From NCBI GenBank assembly GCA_047495785.1, contig JBLDXI010000013.1, positions 3,224,001 to 3,288,000 of the forward strand: DNA of 64,000 nucleotides. The letters run 5' to 3'. This document shows, one piece after another, positions 37,852 through 50,357 of the stretch. Source of the stretch: Lepidodermella squamata. Lineage: Eukaryota > Animalia > Gastrotricha. The notes under the pieces are model-generated. The model saw only the letters and a list, made by a program, of their open reading frames with translations. It was not told the DNA's origin and searched no databases. The position numbers were made by a program, and so were the translations under genes. How positions within the stretch are numbered: position 1 is the first letter of the stretch; every line of letters begins with the position of its first letter.

Positions 37852-39177
37852 AAATTTGTGAACTACGTTATAGATGGTAACATCTCTGCCGTACGTGAGA
37901 TGATACGTCTCAATCAAGCGCGCGGTGATGCCGCTCTTATGGTTCCTGACGATTATTACGCTCTTTGTTTGGGGCGAATCGAACTAATACCTGTCCCAGC
38001 AGTTTCCGCTGCAATGTTCGTAGAAAATCCTTCTCTGGAAATGCTTCAAGTGCTACTCGAAAACGATGGCGATGCGAATGCGATTCATCCCAAGGCTAGA
38101 AAATCCGCCCTAATGCTCGCAGCTGAGATGGGTCGTGTTGATCTTGTCAAATTGCTCGTAAAATATGGAGCAGATGTTGACCTGGAATACAACGACAGGA
38201 CGGCAATTATATACGCTGCTTCTAAAAGTCTAGAAATCGTTAAATTCCTAGTGTCAGAGGGAGCTACGAATGAACTGTGCTCTCTGCTTTCAGAAGCTTG
38301 TCGAACCACTGAGACCCCAGCTCTGCCTATGGTGAAATTTGCTATTGAGGAAGCTGGAAATTCGGTCACTTCTGTATATTTGGATGGATTGCCCCCATTT
38401 GTGATCGCGGTGATGTACTTGAAATCAGCGGATCGCTTCCAAGTTTTCGATTACTTGTTATCAAAAGGGGCTGATGCCCGAGTTAGGGTTAATTCGGGAT
38501 GGCAACCGAATAGTACTCTCTTGCACCTAGCTGTTTACAGAAGCGATGGCGAACTTGCAAGATTCCTGATTAGGAAAGTTAAAATTGGCCTCGAAGAACG
38601 CGACTCCTCTGGGCTAACTCCGCTTTTGGCCGCAGCTCGTCAATATAACCATGCAATGGTTGAATTACTGCTGGACGAAGGCTCGAATTTGACGGCTGTC
38701 GACTACGAAGGCAATAATGCATTTTTACTGGCGTGTATGAGTGGACCTCTTGAGAGTTTCTCCCTGGCCAAATGGCTTGTCGAGATTCATTGTATGAATG
38801 TAAATTCGCAGAACAAAGACAACAGCACCTGCTTAACTATTGTTGCAAGCACCAATCGGGATTACGGTTTCGCAAAATTCCTCGTACAGAAGGGTTATGA
38901 TGTCAATCGAAAATATCAACGCGGAAATTCTCTATTGCACATGATAGAATCCGATTGGTACACAAGTAATATTGATGGGTTGATAGAGGCTGGTGCGGAT
39001 ATCAACGCGAGAAATGACGACGGCTTTACTCCACTAGATTTGGCACTGATTTCCAACTATCCGCCGGCAATTTACAGTCTGCGGAAGGCTGGAGCAGTGA
39101 CAGCGAAACCGGCACTATTTCTTCTTACAACAAGCGCCCGCGTTACAGAGCCGGCAGATTTCGTTGATTATTATTAG
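37852..39177 (+). CDS. Ankyrin-repeat protein 2 (main exon; first exon not resolved)
   Basis: KSALMLAA, STLLHLAV, GLTPLLAAA, GNNAFLLAC, GFTPLDLA. The acceptor tttttcag at 37851 lies at the position homologous to the ANK1 acceptor. Confidence 0.85.
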   Translation, partial: KFVNYVIDGNISAVREMIRLNQARGDAALMVPDDYYALCLGRIELIPVPAVSAAMFVENPSLEMLQVLLENDGDANAIHPKARKSALMLAAEMGRVDLVKLLVKYGADVDLEYNDRTAIIYAASKSLEIVKFLVSEGATNELCSLLSEACRTTETPALPMVKFAIEEAGNSVTSVYLDGLPPFVIAVMYLKSADRFQVFDYLLSKGADARVRVNSGWQPNSTLLHLAVYRSDGELARFLIRKVKIGLEERDSSGLTPLLAAARQYNHAMVELLLDEGSNLTAVDYEGNNAFLLACMSGPLESFSLAKWLVEIHCMNVNSQNKDNSTCLTIVASTNRDYGFAKFLVQKGYDVNRKYQRGNSLLHMIESDWYTSNIDGLIEAGADINARNDDGFTPLDLALISNYPPAIYSLRKAGAVTAKPALFLLTTSARVTEPADFVDYY

Positions 39178-40081
39178 ATATTTTCAGAAACATTGCTTTT
39201 GAAACTATAGATTCCTGTGAGAGTCTATTGGGGTTATATGTTCTTAGCAGTTAGCAGTATAAATTGTTGACCTTTGGCGACGTCTGATGAACAGTTTTCT
39301 CAAGGTTTCATTGCCCCATTTTCAATTTGGTATTTTGCTGCGCCTTGAGAATAAAGATAAACGGCACCTGTTTGCTGCCCGTTACACATCTTTGATCGCA
39401 GAATTTATGAAGAGCGTCAGAATACTTGACGAAGGATAGAAGAAGAAACCGAATTTCTCCTTTCACTCCAAGAGTCTAAGAATGGATGAGAACATAGCAG
39501 ATAGCAGCTAATGGCAGTTTTATAGCCCTTGAACCGAAGATAGTGATTTAGAATTCAACCGCTCCGCAATTGTAACCTACAGCAATATAGGTGATTTCTA
39601 AAAATATGCTTTAGTACTGCCGGTCCCTTGCTTTGCAACTACCTATATCGCCTTCTACTTCACGATTTTCATGAAGGGTGAGGGTAACAGAGTAACTGAC
39701 CTCAAGCTCTTACTTGCTGCATGGTAAAACACAGCATCGAACTGCAGACAAAATGCACTATAACTAAAAAAACTAGCCATATAAGGGCTCTGTCGACCGA
39801 AATTATTTTCGGATAATTTATGCTCACAAGACAAAAATCTCAATATCTGATTACCCTCACACATGCTCTTCGCAGTTAAGAACCCACGTAAATACGTGCT
39901 TGACACGCTAGATATTTACCACAGCCCACTCATTATTCATCCTTCATACTTTTTTTCGTCATAACACGGAACCGCGCGTTTTTTTCTCCTATCGCGCTCG
40001 ACCTGAACGTATTTATATAGCGTTTTTGTATTTATCACTGCCTTTGCAGAAAAAATAAGTCTAGAATATCGTTACCGGAAA

Positions 40082-41532
40082 ATGTCCTATATAAATGTCC
40101 TACTCCTTTGCTGCTTCTTTGTGGTCGGAAGCTTGGCCTATTACGACTACACCGGCGAGAAGGTGTTCCATTTCGAACCGAAAACTCAGCAACAAGTCAG
40201 CTTTTTGGAGCAATTCATCGATAAAGATGACTTTGACTTCTGGCTCGCCCCAAGTAGACCTGGTCGAGGGGCCGATGTTCGAGTGAAAGCTGGTTCAGTT
40301 CAAGATTTCATTCGCCAAGCTAATCAAGCACGAATTCCCTACAACATCACGATCAACGACCTGCAAGCGCTGATTGATAATGAAAAGCAGGAAAATTCGG
40401 ATGAGCCAAGGCTTTTGAGGGCTTCCATAAAAGCCACTGATCTCAATTCACTAGTTGTGAAGAAATTCCCTACTTACAGCAATATTGTGGCTTGGCTGGA
40501 TTCGATTTGCGAATCTTACAGAAACTCAACAAAATGCGGCAGTGTTGGTAAATCCTTCGAACAAAGAGATCTACGATACATCCAGGTAAGTAATGTCTCG
40601 AAGGAGAAATTAAAATTTATTAACCATATTTTCATTCTAGATAGGCAACTGGAGCCAACCCACGGTAATTATTGAAGGGGGCGCGCATGCCAGGGAATGG
40701 TTGTCCCCAGCGACGATTATCTACATGATCAATAAGGTTTGAGTCAAACTAATTTAACGACTTCAGATCAAAAATTGTCTTCTTTAGTTTGTAACCAGCA
40801 ATGAACGATCTGTGAAAGAACTTCTCTCCAATTTCAACTGGATCATTTTACCCATGTTAAATCCCGACGGCTATACCTACAGCCAGACACGGGACAGAAT
40901 GTGGCGAAAGAACCGATCGAAAGACTCAAGAACCCCGCTTTACGTTGGCGTTGATCTCAACCGCAATTTCGATTTCGACTTTGGCGGTAAACTTTTCACG
41001 ATATAAATTTCAAATTTTCTCATCAACGATTGTTACAGGATCTGGGGCGAGTACCAACCCTTCTAGTGAGGTCTACCAGGGCAAACGCGCATTTTCCGAG
41101 CCGGAAAGTCGGAGCTGGTCTAACTTTGTCCTGGCTAACAAAGCCAATTTACTGGCGTATTTTTCGATTCATACGTACGCGGAAACTTGGTTCGTGCCCT
41201 TTGGAGCTGGCCCTGAAGACCAACGTTACGGCCCTGACTACAACGAGATGTTGCGAGTCGCTAATATTGGAACGAAGGCCCTATCCGCCGTTAACAACAG
41301 ACCATGGCAGTGCGGAAATACGATGGATATCTACGGCCCAGCGTCTGGCGGCTCTGACGATTGGACGAAAAAGGCGACTGGGGCGAAATACGTCTATACC
41401 TTGGAACTTCGAGCCGGTTCTAATGGAGGCTTCAGAGCCACTGAGTCCGATATTGAGCCAAGTGGGAAAGAAGTGTTTGCCGGGCTTGCCGCGGCTGTTA
41501 ATGCTATGAATAGAACGCTATATCGAGCTTGA
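40082..41532 (+). CDS. M14A metallocarboxypeptidase CP5, carboxypeptidase B-like (4 exons)
   Basis: EGGAHAREW, NPDGY, WRKNRS, DLNRNF, IHTYAE, GPASGGSDDW (Asp at the 255-equivalent), LELR. Confidence 0.93.
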
Positions 41533-41694
41533 TTATTTTTTAATCATGACGCAGAACAAATAAAATAATCGAGAATTTTCGAGATAAAATTTGGCAGCCA
41601 TTTTTTACACAGCGTTCCTTATCTCTTTAACAAGGGTTAATGTGAGATAACATCTCCTAGTCCCCTAAAGTTCATCATTTTCTCGTGCAGAAAA

Positions 41695-43010
41695 ATGATT
41701 TTCAAGCTATTTTTAACTATTGGTATTCTTTCAAGCTTCGCATTTGCACAGCAAAGAAGCTATCGGGGTGATCAGGTTTTCCGGCTATTTCCAACATCCG
41801 TCGATCAACTCGAGCTGATTCGGTCTCTTCAAGATGAATCATCCGACCAATACGACTTTTGGTCCGAACCCGTTGCAATCAACACAAAAGTGGACATTAG
41901 AATCGATTCGAAAACAATTCCGAAATTCTTGAATTTGTTAAATGTCACAAAAATCGCTTATTCAATCGCTGTTCCGGATGTTCAAGAGCTTATCGACGAG
42001 GTCGACGCTAAGAGCCAAGCTCAAAGCTATTCAAATGACAGAATTGTTAACACTTATCCAACTTACGATCAACTAAATAGTTGGTTGGAAAGTTTATGCG
42101 TTGGAAACCGCGGTTTGGCTGAATGCGGCGATGTCGGAACATCGACTGAAGATCGTGTAATTAAATACATAAGACTAGGCGCGCCTGCTCAAAAGGGCGA
42201 GAAGAAGCAGAAAATTTGGATTGAGGGCACTATGCATGCTCGAGAATGGCTGTCGACTGGCACTGTTGTCTACATCATCGATCGCCTATTGAATCAATAT
42301 AACACCGATCCTGTTTCTAGAAGGATGTTGGACAATTACGACTGGTACATCATTCCACTGTCAAATCCTGATGGTTACGAGTTCAGCCGACTTCGGGAAC
42401 GACTATGGCGTAAAACTCGCTCGAAACAGACAACAACCTGTTTTGGGGTGGATCCTAACCGAAATTGGGACTACAAGTGGGGTGGCAGTGGGGCCAGTAA
42501 CAATCCTTGCTCAGACACCTACGCTGGTCCTAACGCGTTTTCGGAGCCGGAAGTCAAGGCGCTTGCTGATTTCATATTGGCGAACAAGGACAACACCCGG
42601 GTTTACTTTTCAATCCATTCCTTTTCTCAGCTATGGCTGATTTCCTGGGGTTTCAGACCTAAGCCGACAGACTACAATGAATTGGTAATTTCGAGCTAGC
42701 ATGCATTGAACTCAATTATTTTCATTAAATTCTACAGCTAAGAGTTGCTGATGCTGGAGCTAGAGCTTTGATGGCGGTTAACGGCCGTACGTGGCGAACT
42801 GGAACAATTGTTGATCTGCTGTATGAAGCATCAGGAGTTTCGCAAGACTGGGCGAAAGCTGTTGCTGGCATCAAATACACGTACTGCCTCGAACTGCGCC
42901 CATCCTCTGGCAGTATGAGTGGTTTCGTCCAACCTACCTCGGAAATCGACCCGAGTGGTCGCGAAGTCTGGGCTGGTCTCATCGCTGCTATCGATGCTAT
43001 TCCAGATTGA
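41695..43010 (+). CDS. M14A metallocarboxypeptidase CP6 (2 exons)
   Basis: EGTMHAREW, WRKTRS, DPNRNW, IHSFSQ, YEASGVSQDW, LELRP. Confidence 0.95.
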
Positions 43011-43439
43011 GCTCGCTTTTAAAACAAGCAAAAATAAACCGAAAGCACTACATGAATCCATCACTTTGTTCTCAAGATAATTTAGGTCATTTCAAATTTT
43101 CTCGGGCTTTATACTCACAATTTGCTTTGTGATCGAGGAGAGTTATCAGAAGGTTTATCCAAATTTGGCATCAGTAATTTGTTTACAACAGTACCTCGGA
43201 TTTAAATTAGGGGAAATGCAGCGCCGCCGTGTGACCTTTGGATAATTAGCCAAGATAAGCAACGAATTGAGGCACCAACTCGCACTCATTCCCGGAAGCT
43301 GAGGTTACAAAAAAACGACGGCAATAATTTGATAAGACTTGAGGGCGTGAGGCAATTGCCAAAACCTTATCGCTACCTTTTTAAAGCGTGTCGGAAGTGA
43401 GAAGAGTCCAAGTTTCTGTTTCTATCGCCCCCAAAAACC

Positions 43440-46400
43440 ATGACATCAAAAGTTCTGATTCTGATTCTCGCTGTTGTAGCCGCTGTCTCGGGTGACAAAA
43501 CCTACAATGGTGACAAAGTGTTCCAGGTGTACCCAGCAACCGAGGACCATCTAGCTATCCTGCGGCAATTCCTCGACGCCCCGTCGGATCAGTTTGACTA
43601 CTGGGAAGAGCCATCATATGTCAACAACCCAGCTGATATTCACGTTGGCGCTGCTTCAGTTGCCATGTTCACCAACTTGATGCAAACCGTAAACATGCCG
43701 TACAAGCAGTTGATCGGTGATGTTCAAGAAATGATTGACAATGTCAATGCGCAGGATGCGAAAAACCGTAACAACCGCGCCTCTATTGTGGGGACTTATC
43801 CTACCGTAGACGCGTTGAACACGTGGCTTGAAGAGGTTTGCAGTCAGCAGTCAGGATTGGCAACCTGCGGCGATGTGGGCACGTCATTTGAAGGGCGAAC
43901 CTTTAAGTGGATCAAGTTGGGCGCTGACTCTGATTCCCCGAAGCAGAAAATCTGGATCGAAGGCACCATGCATGCAAGGTTAGCTTAAAACATACATTTT
44001 ATTCTCATGCAGTCATCTTCTGTATAATACTTTTTCGTGGTAATATGATAGCTCAAGTTTCACCCTTCATCTTAGCCCCCCGAAAGTCTATTGTTTGAAG
44101 GTCTCACGCTCAGAGAAGGTTTAGGTATTCGCTCCTTGTAGAAACACGGATAGATCCAGGTAACTGAAGTGACAAGTGAGATGAAGATTGAAACAAAAGC
44201 TATCGCGGCCTGTTGCTTGATAGGATCGCTATTTGTAGCAACAACTATCATCACGGCTGCAGGAAATAGGCTCACGCCCGCTAGAATCCCTAGCCAGCTC
44301 GACAGAAATTCGCGTAGGTTAGCTGATACCCCTTTGATCTGCTTCAAATTGTAAGCTGCGATCAAACCGCTTAAAAGCAGCAAGATGACGCTTCCGGTGA
44401 TTGCGCCCAACAGCCCCCACGAAGAGGTTCCGTATACTCTACAGTCTATGAACCTTGATTCGAGAAAGGTGTCTTCATCATCCAAATAGACAGGTGGAGC
44501 AAAAAGGCTTTTCCTGACAGCTTATTTCCTGCAATATGAGCCATGCTACTATAATTATAGCCACTCCAGAGGAGAAAACAGCGGTCGAAATCGTGATTCG
44601 CTTGTCAAAATCAGTCCAAATACTTGAGGGGAAAGTCAGAACAACTTTGTTTAGACCATCGGATACTGTGCCAAACGGCGATAAGGCTCTTGTGAATGAA
44701 ATGACAGTTCCCAACCTGTTCAGACTAGAGCTGGAATTAGCTCGAATTCCAATCGCATTGCTCTTTTTCAAAAGAGCTTTGTTGATGTAATTTTTAATGA
44801 CGAGCCAACGAAATGCCACAGTGCTGAGTGACATACTAGCGCCTAGACTTAGTAATGAGATCGAGGCCGCGACAGTATTACCAGAACTTAGCTCTCTGTC
44901 TGTTATAAAGCAAGCTGCCGCCGTATTGATGATTAAACAACCGACGGCTGCTAGTATTTTCGAATTCCCGTAATCTGTTGGATGTAGTTTCCGTAACAAT
45001 ATCATGAAAATAGATACAACTTGAAATAGCGTGGTTAAAATGATAAAAACCCAGCAAGTTCCAGTAGTTCCACTGTCTAGACTAAGGAAGGATGTGATAA
45101 CATTTGCCCCATCAAGGGGTCTCTTCCCACCTGGCCATGTTATGCCTCCAACATTTTCGAGTTTGTACTTGGCGTAGTCGAAATCGTCGAGGCTGTCATT
45201 GATGATCGAGCGAATGAAGCTAACAGGCTGCATGCCGTTTTGAGGGGTCCATTGAAAAACCGATTCGATATCACCTTGGCCGAGACCTCGAGGGCTGAAT
45301 GACATCTCCGCAATTTTCAACCCTCGAATCTTTGTTTCAAGCATCGAGCGATTGACAACTTTTGACAAAAGGTCAGGGTAGCGATGATAGTCTCGCAGGC
45401 TAAGGTTAAAGAAGCGCTGTAGTCGGCGCTCAGACTCGTGTAGAACCATGGCGGATCGCAAAGAAACGTCATGAAGGGTGTAGGCAAATAAAAAGTCATC
45501 CTCGGAAGTTGTGTTCAACATTCGCATCATTTTATCTCTGAAATCTGCAGCTGTATAACCCAAATCGCAAACGTTGGAGTAGTTAAGTGGCTTAAACATC
45601 GGGCCGTAGAAAAATACCTGCTGCCACTGAATGTCCATGATTTCCCGCGTGCACCGTCGAGGGACCAGAAAGCTGAATTGGGTATTCGCAATTATGAAAA
45701 CATATCGCGGCTTCGTCATTCCGATATTGTAAGCCTCGCATAGAAATTCTGCGACCAGAGACTGCGTGTATATCATGGCGAAAATCACTCGTGCCCCAGA
45801 GTCTTTCAAATTCAGGAGGATTGAAATGTCCGCATTTCTTAGGACATCCAACCATGCTACAGTGAAACCATTCTCCACAGCCTTGTCATTTAAATAGGTA
45901 ACCATTGATAAGTCTGAAACTGCACCGAATGACTCTACAATAATGGCGAATTTGTTCCAGCCTCCTACCTCGCGCATAAATCGAAGATTCGCTACTGCTG
46001 ACGTTTTGAAAGTCGTAACCGAAAGGTATAGATTAGGATATCTACTGTGCTCAGTTAGGTAGGGAGTATTACAGTACGTTGACAGAGCAACGCTATTGAC
46101 GTATGGGAGAAGTGAACCAATAGCTTGACATCCAGTGGAGAGAAGGGGCCCAATAACAACAGGGGATTGATAACCACCATACGCTTCTGAGCCATTCCAT
46201 TCTTGGCGGAATCTTATCAAACGAGTTGTAGCAGCATAACCGTAGTTGTCATCCCTTATGTCACGAATTATCTGGTACCCTGGCAAAATATCGTCACGAT
46301 TGTTGACGTTATCGTAGACTAGCTGCGACGGCAATCCTGATGCGTAAAACACCTTAGGATCTGCGCTTGGTATTGTTGTTAAGCTGAGCTGACGTAGTGA

Positions 46401-47602
46401 GTAAGGCTTGTTAGCACCATTCGCGAACTTGGCGGTGAGTGCTATAAGAAGAGCAACTTTGAGAGACATGATACTGTCGAATAAATCAAGCTTGCTGACA
46501 CAACTTTTTGCGCTGTTTTTTCATCCGAAATTCGACTGCAAAATATGAAAAGGAAATTTCGCAAATGTATGGAACAGGAAACTACTCTACTCTAAACTAA
46601 GTGTTAATTGATGTCATCCTAAATGTAGTTCGAATTTGCTCACTAATGCTTAGTAAAGGAAATCGAAAACTTGAAACGGTTTTCCTAAGGTTGCTTCATT
46701 TTTAGCCCACCGCTATAATAAGGTAAAATGTTCCCAAACTTCACTGTATTTTGAATTACAGAGAATGGCTCTCCGTTGGCACTGTCGTTTATCTTATCGA
46801 CCGATTGGTCAACACTTACTCGAAAGATCCTGAAGCTAAGCGGATGCTGGACACCTACGATTGGTACATTATTCCCGTTTCAAACCCAGACGGCTACGAA
46901 TACACCCGGAAGGAGCGTTTGTGGCGCAAAACCCGTTCGAACTACGGCAGTAAAACATGCCTTGGCGCTGATCCTAACCGCAACTGGAACTACACCTTTG
47001 GAGGTAATTGAAAGTTTCAGCTAAAAGCAAGTGTCATTCGTTTTTTCTTTATACTAGCATCTGGCGCCAGCTCACAGCCTTGCTCTGATACCTACCGTGG
47101 AAAGTCAGCCTTTTCAGAGCCGGAGACTAAGGCGCTGTCCGACTTCATCTTTGCTAACAAGGACAATAGCCGTGTTTATTTCTCTCTCCATACCTACTCG
47201 CAATACTGGTTGATCCCATACGGTGTTAAACAGAGTGGTACCAGCAAGCCCTCTGATTACACCGAACTGGTAGGAGATTTTGGCTTTAAATCTGTTAAAA
47301 AAACATTTTCATTGATACCTATGTCGTAGGAACGCGTTGCAAAAGTTGGCGTCGCTGCCCTTCAAGCTGTTAACAAAAAGACCTGGAAAGCGGGTAATAT
47401 CGTCGATCTCCTGTATGAAGCTTCGGGTGGCTCGATCGACTGGGCTAAGGCTGTGGCTGGCATCAAGTACAGCTATTGCTTAGAGCTGCGCCCTGGTAAG
47501 AACAGTATCAACGGATTCGTTCAGCCAGAGTCTGAAATCACCCCAAGTGGTCTCGAGGTCTGGGCTGGACTCATTGCTGCCATCGATGCTATCCCTAACT
47601 AA
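43440..47602 (+). CDS. M14A metallocarboxypeptidase CP7, carboxypeptidase A-like (4 exons; 2.78-kb intron 1 at 43979-46761)
   Basis: Exon 1 ends EGTMHA-ag|gttag; exon 2 starts ttacag|a-EWLS, restoring HARE. Then DPNRNW, LHTYSQ, YEASGGSIDW, LELRP; stop at 47600-47602. Confidence 0.92.
44072..46469 (-). CDS. Intronless divergent GABA-B-like class C GPCR nested in CP7 intron 1, with a one-base frameshift near 44490-44525 (pseudogene or sequence error)
   Basis: Signal peptide, ILPGYQI, VIGPLLSTGC, RYPNLY, GWNKFAI, LKDSGARVI, WPGGKRPLD, then TM helices. The last TM helices (NLRE..., AFVSIFISLVT...YP) continue in the shifted ORF 44072-44485. Confidence 0.8.
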
Positions 47603-48088
47603 GAATTGTTGCTCTTTTACTGAATAACGCAATGCTATATTACAATTATCAGCTTTGAGCCTGCAATTTGATGAACCCAAGTAAATCATTTTCGCAATTC
47701 ACCTCTTACGATAATTTTCAAGCTCCAAAATAAAGGAGTAAATAAAAATATTAGGCTTCATTTTGATCTTCAATTTAGCCGTTTTGATCCGCCCAAGATT
47801 GGTTTGAGCCTGAAGTGACCTAAAAAGTGAATGGAAGTAGGTAACTATGTTGGAGTTAGTGTTACTTAAAAGCTTGTGGTGTTCAACTGTAGGAAAAAAC
47901 TGTAGGAAACACTGTAACATAGCAGAAAACTCCAAATGTACTCGAAATTTTCACGGGGAAACTTTATTATTCTACAGCGGTATTTACAATTACCGGTTGA
48001 GTTGGATTAGTGTTCAATGCTAGAGCATAAGCTGATTGTCCAACTTAATAACGGCGAATGACCTGGAGTTGCGATGCCTGTGGAAATT

Positions 48089-48460
48089 CTAGAGGCAAAA
48101 TTTAACGCGACATCCAGCCTCGCCGTTGCACTTGTCGGAGCAGCATTGGCAACTAAACTGCGTCGTATTTTCGGGTGCCCCCATCACGTTGACCATGATC
48201 TTTTCGCCACAGGCGCTCGTGTCACTTTCACAATCGTATCCAATTGACGAATATGGATGCGGATACGTAGTAGAGCTCATTGTTCGAGAGCAGGAGGTAC
48301 AGCCACTTTCCAGCTTAATCTGGTCGCCGTGGTCTCTCGGATTGATTGAAATCGATGAGCTCGTCATCGACGACACCTCGCCTTTGTAGCAAGTCAGGCC
48401 ATTCGAGCAACCAACAACAATCGACAAGGCAAGAAAGACAATCAGAATTGATTTAACCAT
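48089..48460 (-). CDS. Secreted Ly6/uPAR three-finger-fold protein
   Basis: Signal peptide followed by LTCY...C..C...C...C...CQCCSDKCN, the LU-domain pattern. Confidence 0.8.
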   Translation of the reverse strand: MVKSILIVFLALSIVVGCSNGLTCYKGEVSSMTSSSISINPRDHGDQIKLESGCTSCSRTMSSTTYPHPYSSIGYDCESDTSACGEKIMVNVMGAPENTTQFSCQCCSDKCNGEAGCRVKFCL

Positions 48461-50302
48461 TTTTTAACCAGGAAATTATTTACAGCAGGATAAATACCTA
48501 TGCTTTGAATCCTCTGCAGCTTGACGCACTGGGTTGACAGTGTAAACAAAATGCCAAGTGATTTAACCCGAAAAAAACTGGCGATCTAATTATGAGATTA
48601 AGCAAACAAATCCCTGGATATGGGCAACGATATTTTGTTATAGACTATGTGCATATAATAGGTATTGTTTAATAACGCTGCGATTGGGACAACTTGGGAC
48701 AAAATTGGGACAAAGGTGGGGCATGGTTCCTTGGAGGAATGGAATGATGTACTATTATACTCCAAGCGTAGTTTATCTTGGACGTCGACCGCTTGCTAGG
48801 TTGCAGTTCGGTGCAAACAGAGCTAAGAAGTCCGGTTTGAGGTAATGCATTTCTTGTATGTAGTCAGTATCAGCAATCGCGACCAAGCAAGCGGAACCAG
48901 GCTGCGTAAAAGAGGGCCATCAAACCCCTCCGTTAAGTTGCGTCGTTATAATATGAGACAGCCCAAATATTCATTTTATTTGTATTTTATTTTTAGTTTT
49001 TGAAATTTTATTTTCTGGATACTTTAAGATACTGTTAATGCCGATACTTATTTTCAGAAAAAAATCCTCTATTTTATGAGCAAAAAACCGACATTTCCAA
49101 ACAATTAATACCTTGGTTGCTTCGTGGTGAAGTTCTCTAATAACAGTGAAAAGTTGGGCTGTTTTCTGGCGGAGTGTCTCATATTATAAATTCGCATTTT
49201 GAGACAAAATAATGTGCGAAATTTTTCCCATAATCAATGAACAAAACCGGTGGGGTGTTGTAGGGTTTCATGGTCAAGGAACACACAGAATTTCACGCGT
49301 AATCGGATGGTATCAATGCCGACATCTGAAATAACCTGCTACACCTTCAAATCCTTCTTGAATTTATCCGGATAAAATAACAAGGTTGTATTCAAGATAA
49401 TCGTCATTTGACAGTTGGAATTAAACTGGGTCACTAAATTTGAACAAAATTCGAAAAATCAATACCGTAACGAGGAGTAACTTTGGACAAAACGTGTTTT
49501 CGGACATGGAAAATTGAAAAACAGCATTATTTGCTCCTAAATTTCTTAACGATTGGCCACAGCTGACGCCGAATTTCGGAACTAGCTCATGCACGAGTTT
49601 CCTACCTTTTCTCACTTATTTATCTCTGTACCGTCCAAAAGTGTCAAAAATTACTCCGTTTTTCACCTGTTTTTCAGGTAAATAGCCTGCTAAAACGCAT
49701 CGTCCAAATGTTATTTTTCTTCGATTATTGGGAGAGAATAGATAAGAGATTTTTTTAAATATCATGAATGCATACCTGCCAAATTTTATTGAAAACTGTT
49801 CGATTATTAGAAAAAGTTAGAAGGGGGTCCCAAAACGGTATCCAAAGTCTCACGGCTTGGAACTTTTTCTGAAAACAGATTTCTACCCCAATCGTGTTGA
49901 GTTTTATGTCAAACAAAATCTGAAGAGACGGAGAATTTTATGCTAAAAACCCTTGATTTAAAAGTTTAACCCTGAAAAGTTAAACGATTGCAAACACCTT
50001 CTCGGACAGCTCGAGGCAAATAACTTATTTTTGTGTTTTGCGGAGATGCCCGGAAAATTTATTACAGCGTCGAATGATGGCTGCCCGGACACCATAAAAA
50101 CGGCAGTGATCTGGTTTATAATTTAGCTCTGTTGGATTGCTTGAATTTCAGATAATGTCATGGTGAATGATACAGCTCTGAATTTGTAATCTCCACTCGG
50201 AAATATTTGCTTTTCAGATCAAGCGCGTCATGGGTCAGTGGAGCAACACCTGTTTTTCTGTTTCACTCTATATTCACTAAACAAACGATGTCCGGTTGTA
50301 CA

Positions 50303-50357
50303 ACAGCCTATTACACAGCCTATTACACAGCCTATTACACAGTCTATTACACAGCCT
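50303..50357. repeat. 12-bp tandem repeat (acagcctattac) x ~4.5
   Basis: Read directly from the sequence. Confidence 0.9.

Noticed and set aside
48680-50200. AT-rich tract with short direct (ttgggacaa x3) and inverted (ttataatatgagaca) motifs
   Set aside because: Probably transposon debris, but no matching termini or TSD could be identified.
50303-50357. CRISPR-like or coding (TAYY)n repeat
   Set aside because: Simple 12-bp minisatellite with no spacers; eukaryotic context.
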